Of a stretch of DNA of 64,000 nt, positions 61,019-64,000 are shown in pieces; within the stretch, counting starts at the first letter, position 1, and every line of letters starts with the position of its first letter. Made by a program: the position numbers and the translations under genes. Under the pieces are notes generated by a model that was not told the origin of the DNA, made no database searches, and was given only the letters and a program-made list of their open reading frames with translations. Source of the DNA: Microcoleus sp. (GTDB taxonomy: Bacteria; Cyanobacteriota; Cyanobacteriia; Cyanobacteriales; Microcoleaceae); NCBI GenBank assembly GCA_052279835.1, contig CP181291.1, forward strand, positions 1,920,001 to 1,984,000. The letters are read 5' to 3'.

Positions 61019-61393
61019 AATATGTTTGCACAATCTTAAAAAGTTCGCGATCGCAGAAACCTGGTTTCTTGAGTTCAGCCACGATGTCCGGTTAGTGGGA
61101 CTTATATTGTTGACCGTTGCATCGGAATGATTTAACCGGACCTAGAACGCAGAGAACACAGAGGGAGATAAGAGAGATGAATGCAGACCGATGCTACCGG
61201 ATTTGATATTAGACATTTTAAGGCCCCTAAAGGGCAGGGCGGTTTCATTCTCGGTTGATGGGCAGGGCTGTTTCATTCTGGTGACAAATCATCATTTTGT
61301 AGGGGTAGTGCCTTTCTTTGCCTACCCTCCCCGTCTACTTTAGCTATGAGTCTGGGGTTTGAACCCCAGGCGGACTAATTCGACATCCAACTT

Positions 61394-62233
61394 CTATGGC
61401 TTTGAACCAGCCGCACCCTCTGCGCCGGAGTTGCTCTCAGGTACAGCCGTACCCGTAGGATTAGAATCGCTCTGGCTTTTGCTATTAGTTTCGCCGCTGG
61501 TACCTGCTCCAGGAGCGCCCTCATCTTGAGTTGGAGATGGAGTAGCTGAACTCTCAGGTGATGGAGTTGGCGGAGTGGAAGCTGGCTCCTTCTGCGAATT
61601 CGGAACCGTAGTATTGGTATTATTTGACGGCGAAGATGGAGACGGCGCTGCTTGCTGCTGTGAATTTGGAATTGTAATATTGATATTGGGAGCCGGACTT
61701 GGTTGAGGAGCCGGAGTTGCCTTTTGAGCTGGACTTGCTTGAGGAGCAGGCGTAGCCTTTTGAACTGGAGATGGTTGAACCGGAACCGGAACAATCTTTT
61801 GAATGATCGTTGTTTCTTTCTCTATAGTCCGAGTCGGAGCAGGTGTTGCTGAAGGCTGATTCGCTTTCGGTACAACAATCACAGGAGCAGCAGTAGGAGT
61901 AGGAGCCTCCTCACCCCGATTGAAGTAATATACACTGCCCAGAACTAAGCCTGCCAAAGAAGCAAGAAGAAGCCCTAACAGTAACCCGCGACCAGCATTC
62001 TGATTATCGCGGACTTCTTGGGTTTCAAGTTGGCGGTGGTTTTCGGCCATTTCACCCTGTACATAACCTTGGTGATGAGCTGCTTCTTTAGAAGGATTCG
62101 GAGTTGTACTCGGAACACTTGTAGTAGTTCGCGTTGTACTTACGTGACCGTTAGTTGCATCTGTGTGAACCTCTTGATGAATTTCACGGCTAGAGCTATT
62201 TTCTTCGTTAGGTTTCATAATTATCTTCGTCAC
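61394..62233 (-). CDS. Single-pass membrane protein with Pro/Ser/Thr-rich tail
   Basis: RDNQNA.RGLLLG transmembrane segment followed by low-complexity region. Confidence 0.7.
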   Translation of the reverse strand: MTKIIMKPNEENSSSREIHQEVHTDATNGHVSTTRTTTSVPSTTPNPSKEAAHHQGYVQGEMAENHRQLETQEVRDNQNAGRGLLLGLLLASLAGLVLGSVYYFNRGEEAPTPTAAPVIVVPKANQPSATPAPTRTIEKETTIIQKIVPVPVQPSPVQKATPAPQASPAQKATPAPQPSPAPNINITIPNSQQQAAPSPSSPSNNTNTTVPNSQKEPASTPPTPSPESSATPSPTQDEGAPGAGTSGETNSKSQSDSNPTGTAVPESNSGAEGAAGSKP

Positions 62234-62494
62234 GAATATTCAAAAAATATGGGTCTGTAGGAGATGCTTCTGTTTGAAAACTTCAGCTAAGCACTTCAGC
62301 CTTTAAATCACTTCTTTCGATTCACTGTCAAGATTCAGGTGTAAGCATTTAGCTTTTTGGTCATACCCAGTTCAAATCCTTAACAGCTTTGTGCTTAGGA
62401 AGTTTAGAGAACTTTTAGTTTTTCCTTCATCTGTATCTAATCTAACTCCCTAACACATTAACCAGGCTCTACCCTCAGAGTGATTGTCCTAATC

Positions 62495-62613
62495 CCCCTT
62501 CGGAAGGGGGACTTTGAGAAGATTCCTGTCCCCCCCTTCTGAAGGGGGGCTAGGGGGGATCTAAGTCTAATAGTCAAACAGCAGTCTCTGACTGGGTTTA
62601 ACGTTAATTAAGT
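62495..62613. repeat. ~110-bp repeat with an inverted copy at 63444-63548
   Basis: CTTTGAGAAG...GGGGGGCTAGGGGGGATCTA...AAACAGCAGTCTCTGACTGGGTT versus AACCCAGTCAGAGACTGCTGTTT...TAGATCCCCCTAGCCCCCC...CTCAAAG. Confidence 0.75.
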
Positions 62614-62730
62614 TTTTAGTAATAAACGCAACTTTTCGATCATCCTCAAGAGAGGACGATCGTACTTACTACCAACAAGCTTTATTACCGGAAATTAACC
62701 GGACATCAGCATTACTAACAACTGAGTTTT

Positions 62731-63123
62731 TTACTCTGTTCTTTCAATAATGATGGTCATGTGAGCGACTAATGCACCGATCGCCCCTACTGCTGCAATC
62801 ACTGGAAACAACGCCGCACCGATGACTCCGCCGACTACTCCCACCGTCAGAGGCACTTCAATCAAGATCCGTCCCTCTTCATTTTTGATAATTATCCGCC
62901 GGATATTCCCTTCGTGAATCAGTTCTTTAACTTTAGCAACCAAATCTTCACCATTAATCTTTAACTCCTCAACGCTCATTTTTTGCTGAGTATAAACAGG
63001 AGTTTCTAGAGGTGGTACTTCTACCCCACTAACTTTTTGGGGCGAAACTTTAGTGCCTACAGGTATCGAGTCAATTTCTCTTTCCCCAACTGGTTCTTGT
63101 TCGCGGTCTGTGTATGTGTCCAT
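62731..63123 (-). CDS. DUF4342 domain protein
   Basis: LV.KVKELIHEGNIRRIIIK..EGR.L.E.PLTVG. Confidence 0.88.
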   Translation of the reverse strand: MDTYTDREQEPVGEREIDSIPVGTKVSPQKVSGVEVPPLETPVYTQQKMSVEELKINGEDLVAKVKELIHEGNIRRIIIKNEEGRILIEVPLTVGVVGGVIGAALFPVIAAVGAIGALVAHMTIIIERTE

Positions 63124-63925
63124 TCTTTCTTCTCCCTTCCTTTAGGTATTTTTTTTATATAATTACTCTAATTAACACCGAAATTATTGTTAAGTCATCT
63201 TTCTTTTGGCTGATATTAACCAGAGCAAAAGTTATTCAGAGAATGATTCCCTCCGCAGCAATTAAGATTCGCCTCCACTCCTGTCTCTAGCCCGATCGCC
63301 CTCTCACCCCATCCGCCCCAGGACAGGGCTATTTTACTCTTGGTAGGGGCCGTGCCCCCGTGCCGGCCCTCATTGGCCGCCGATGCGAATAAAATCGTCT
63401 GTGATGGGGGGTAGTCTAGGACTGGGCGGGCACCATAGGTGTCAACTTAACTTCTAACCCAGTCAGAGACTGCTGTTTAACTATTAAATCTAGATCCCCC
63501 CTAGCCCCCCTTAAGAAGGGGGGAACAAGAACTTGCTCAAAGTCTCCCTGCCCCCTGTTGCTTGTGCCAATACGCTAACTGTCTACCCATCGCCCCGGCA
63601 TCGCCCCAGCTCGAAAAAGCCTCTAATCCAGACAGAAAAAGGATTAGAGCTAGATTCTTAATGCTGACTGCTTCCGAGTCAGCGACTGTGCAACTTCAAA
63701 AAGTGACATTTTACTGAAAGGGCGATCGACCCATAGTTAATACACTTAGCACATCTAGTTCGGCAAATCGCCCATGGAAATCCTCACTTCCTGCCCTCAA
63801 ATTAGGCTCGAATCAAACTCTGTGAAATCGTCCAAAAAAGTCGCGCCCCCGGAAGTTCCCGCCGTTAATATCCTAGAGTTTTTAATGAGAATTGCCTAAA
63901 CAGAAAACGGGAACAAGAACAAATT

Positions 63926-64000
63926 ATGCTTCAACTTTTATCAAAACCCAGCCAATTACAACAAGTCGAAGTTTCTGTTTGCCAAAAGCCAGGTAAAATA
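63926..64000 (+). CDS. Possible start of an ORF truncated by the window end
   Basis: ATG at 63926 open to the end: MLQLLSKPSQLQQVEVSVCQKPGKI. Confidence 0.3.
   Translation, partial: MLQLLSKPSQLQQVEVSVCQKPGKI

Noticed and set aside
1..64000. tRNA, rRNA, transposase or integrase genes
   Set aside because: None recognised by eye; a tRNAscan-SE/Infernal run would be needed to exclude small RNAs

Overview
Chromosomal segment of a filamentous cyanobacterium. Dense HIP1 (GCGATCGC) sites, XisH/XisI, Uma2, CHAT and NACHT-WD40 genes and abundant GC-palindromic repeats suggest an Oscillatoriales/Microcoleus-like host (inference). The housekeeping content is an NAD salvage operon (pncB-nadD-nrtR-pchB-like-nadE) with an NrtR-type box, gyrA, glycosyltransferases, an ABC ATPase, an L,D-transpeptidase and a lipid kinase. 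Main points of interest: (1) the class II ribonucleotide reductase nrdJ, which the ORF track shows as two ORFs, is one gene interrupted at its active site by a 253-nt ORF-less group I intron and, 24 nt downstream, a 328-aa LAGLIDADG intein; (2) an ~11.4-kb minus-strand cluster (NrdG-like radical SAM, coiled-coil protein, ClpB-like AAA+, Ser/Thr kinase-FGE/CLec, orphan immunity-like gene, vWA, FHA, PP2C) looks like an uncharacterised phospho-signalling/conflict system; (3) the kinase's C-terminus has the adenine-depleted signature of a diversity-generating retroelement (DGR) variable repeat, with no RT or template repeat in the window, and the gene is bracketed by two ~100-bp tandem hairpin arrays (13 and 7 copies), one of which truncates a toxin-like gene; (4) a small defence-like island holds a vapB pseudocopy, xisHI, vapBC and a NACHT-WD40 gene; (5) palindromic repeats are inserted in frame into several genes. 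All family calls come from motif recognition; no database searches were run.
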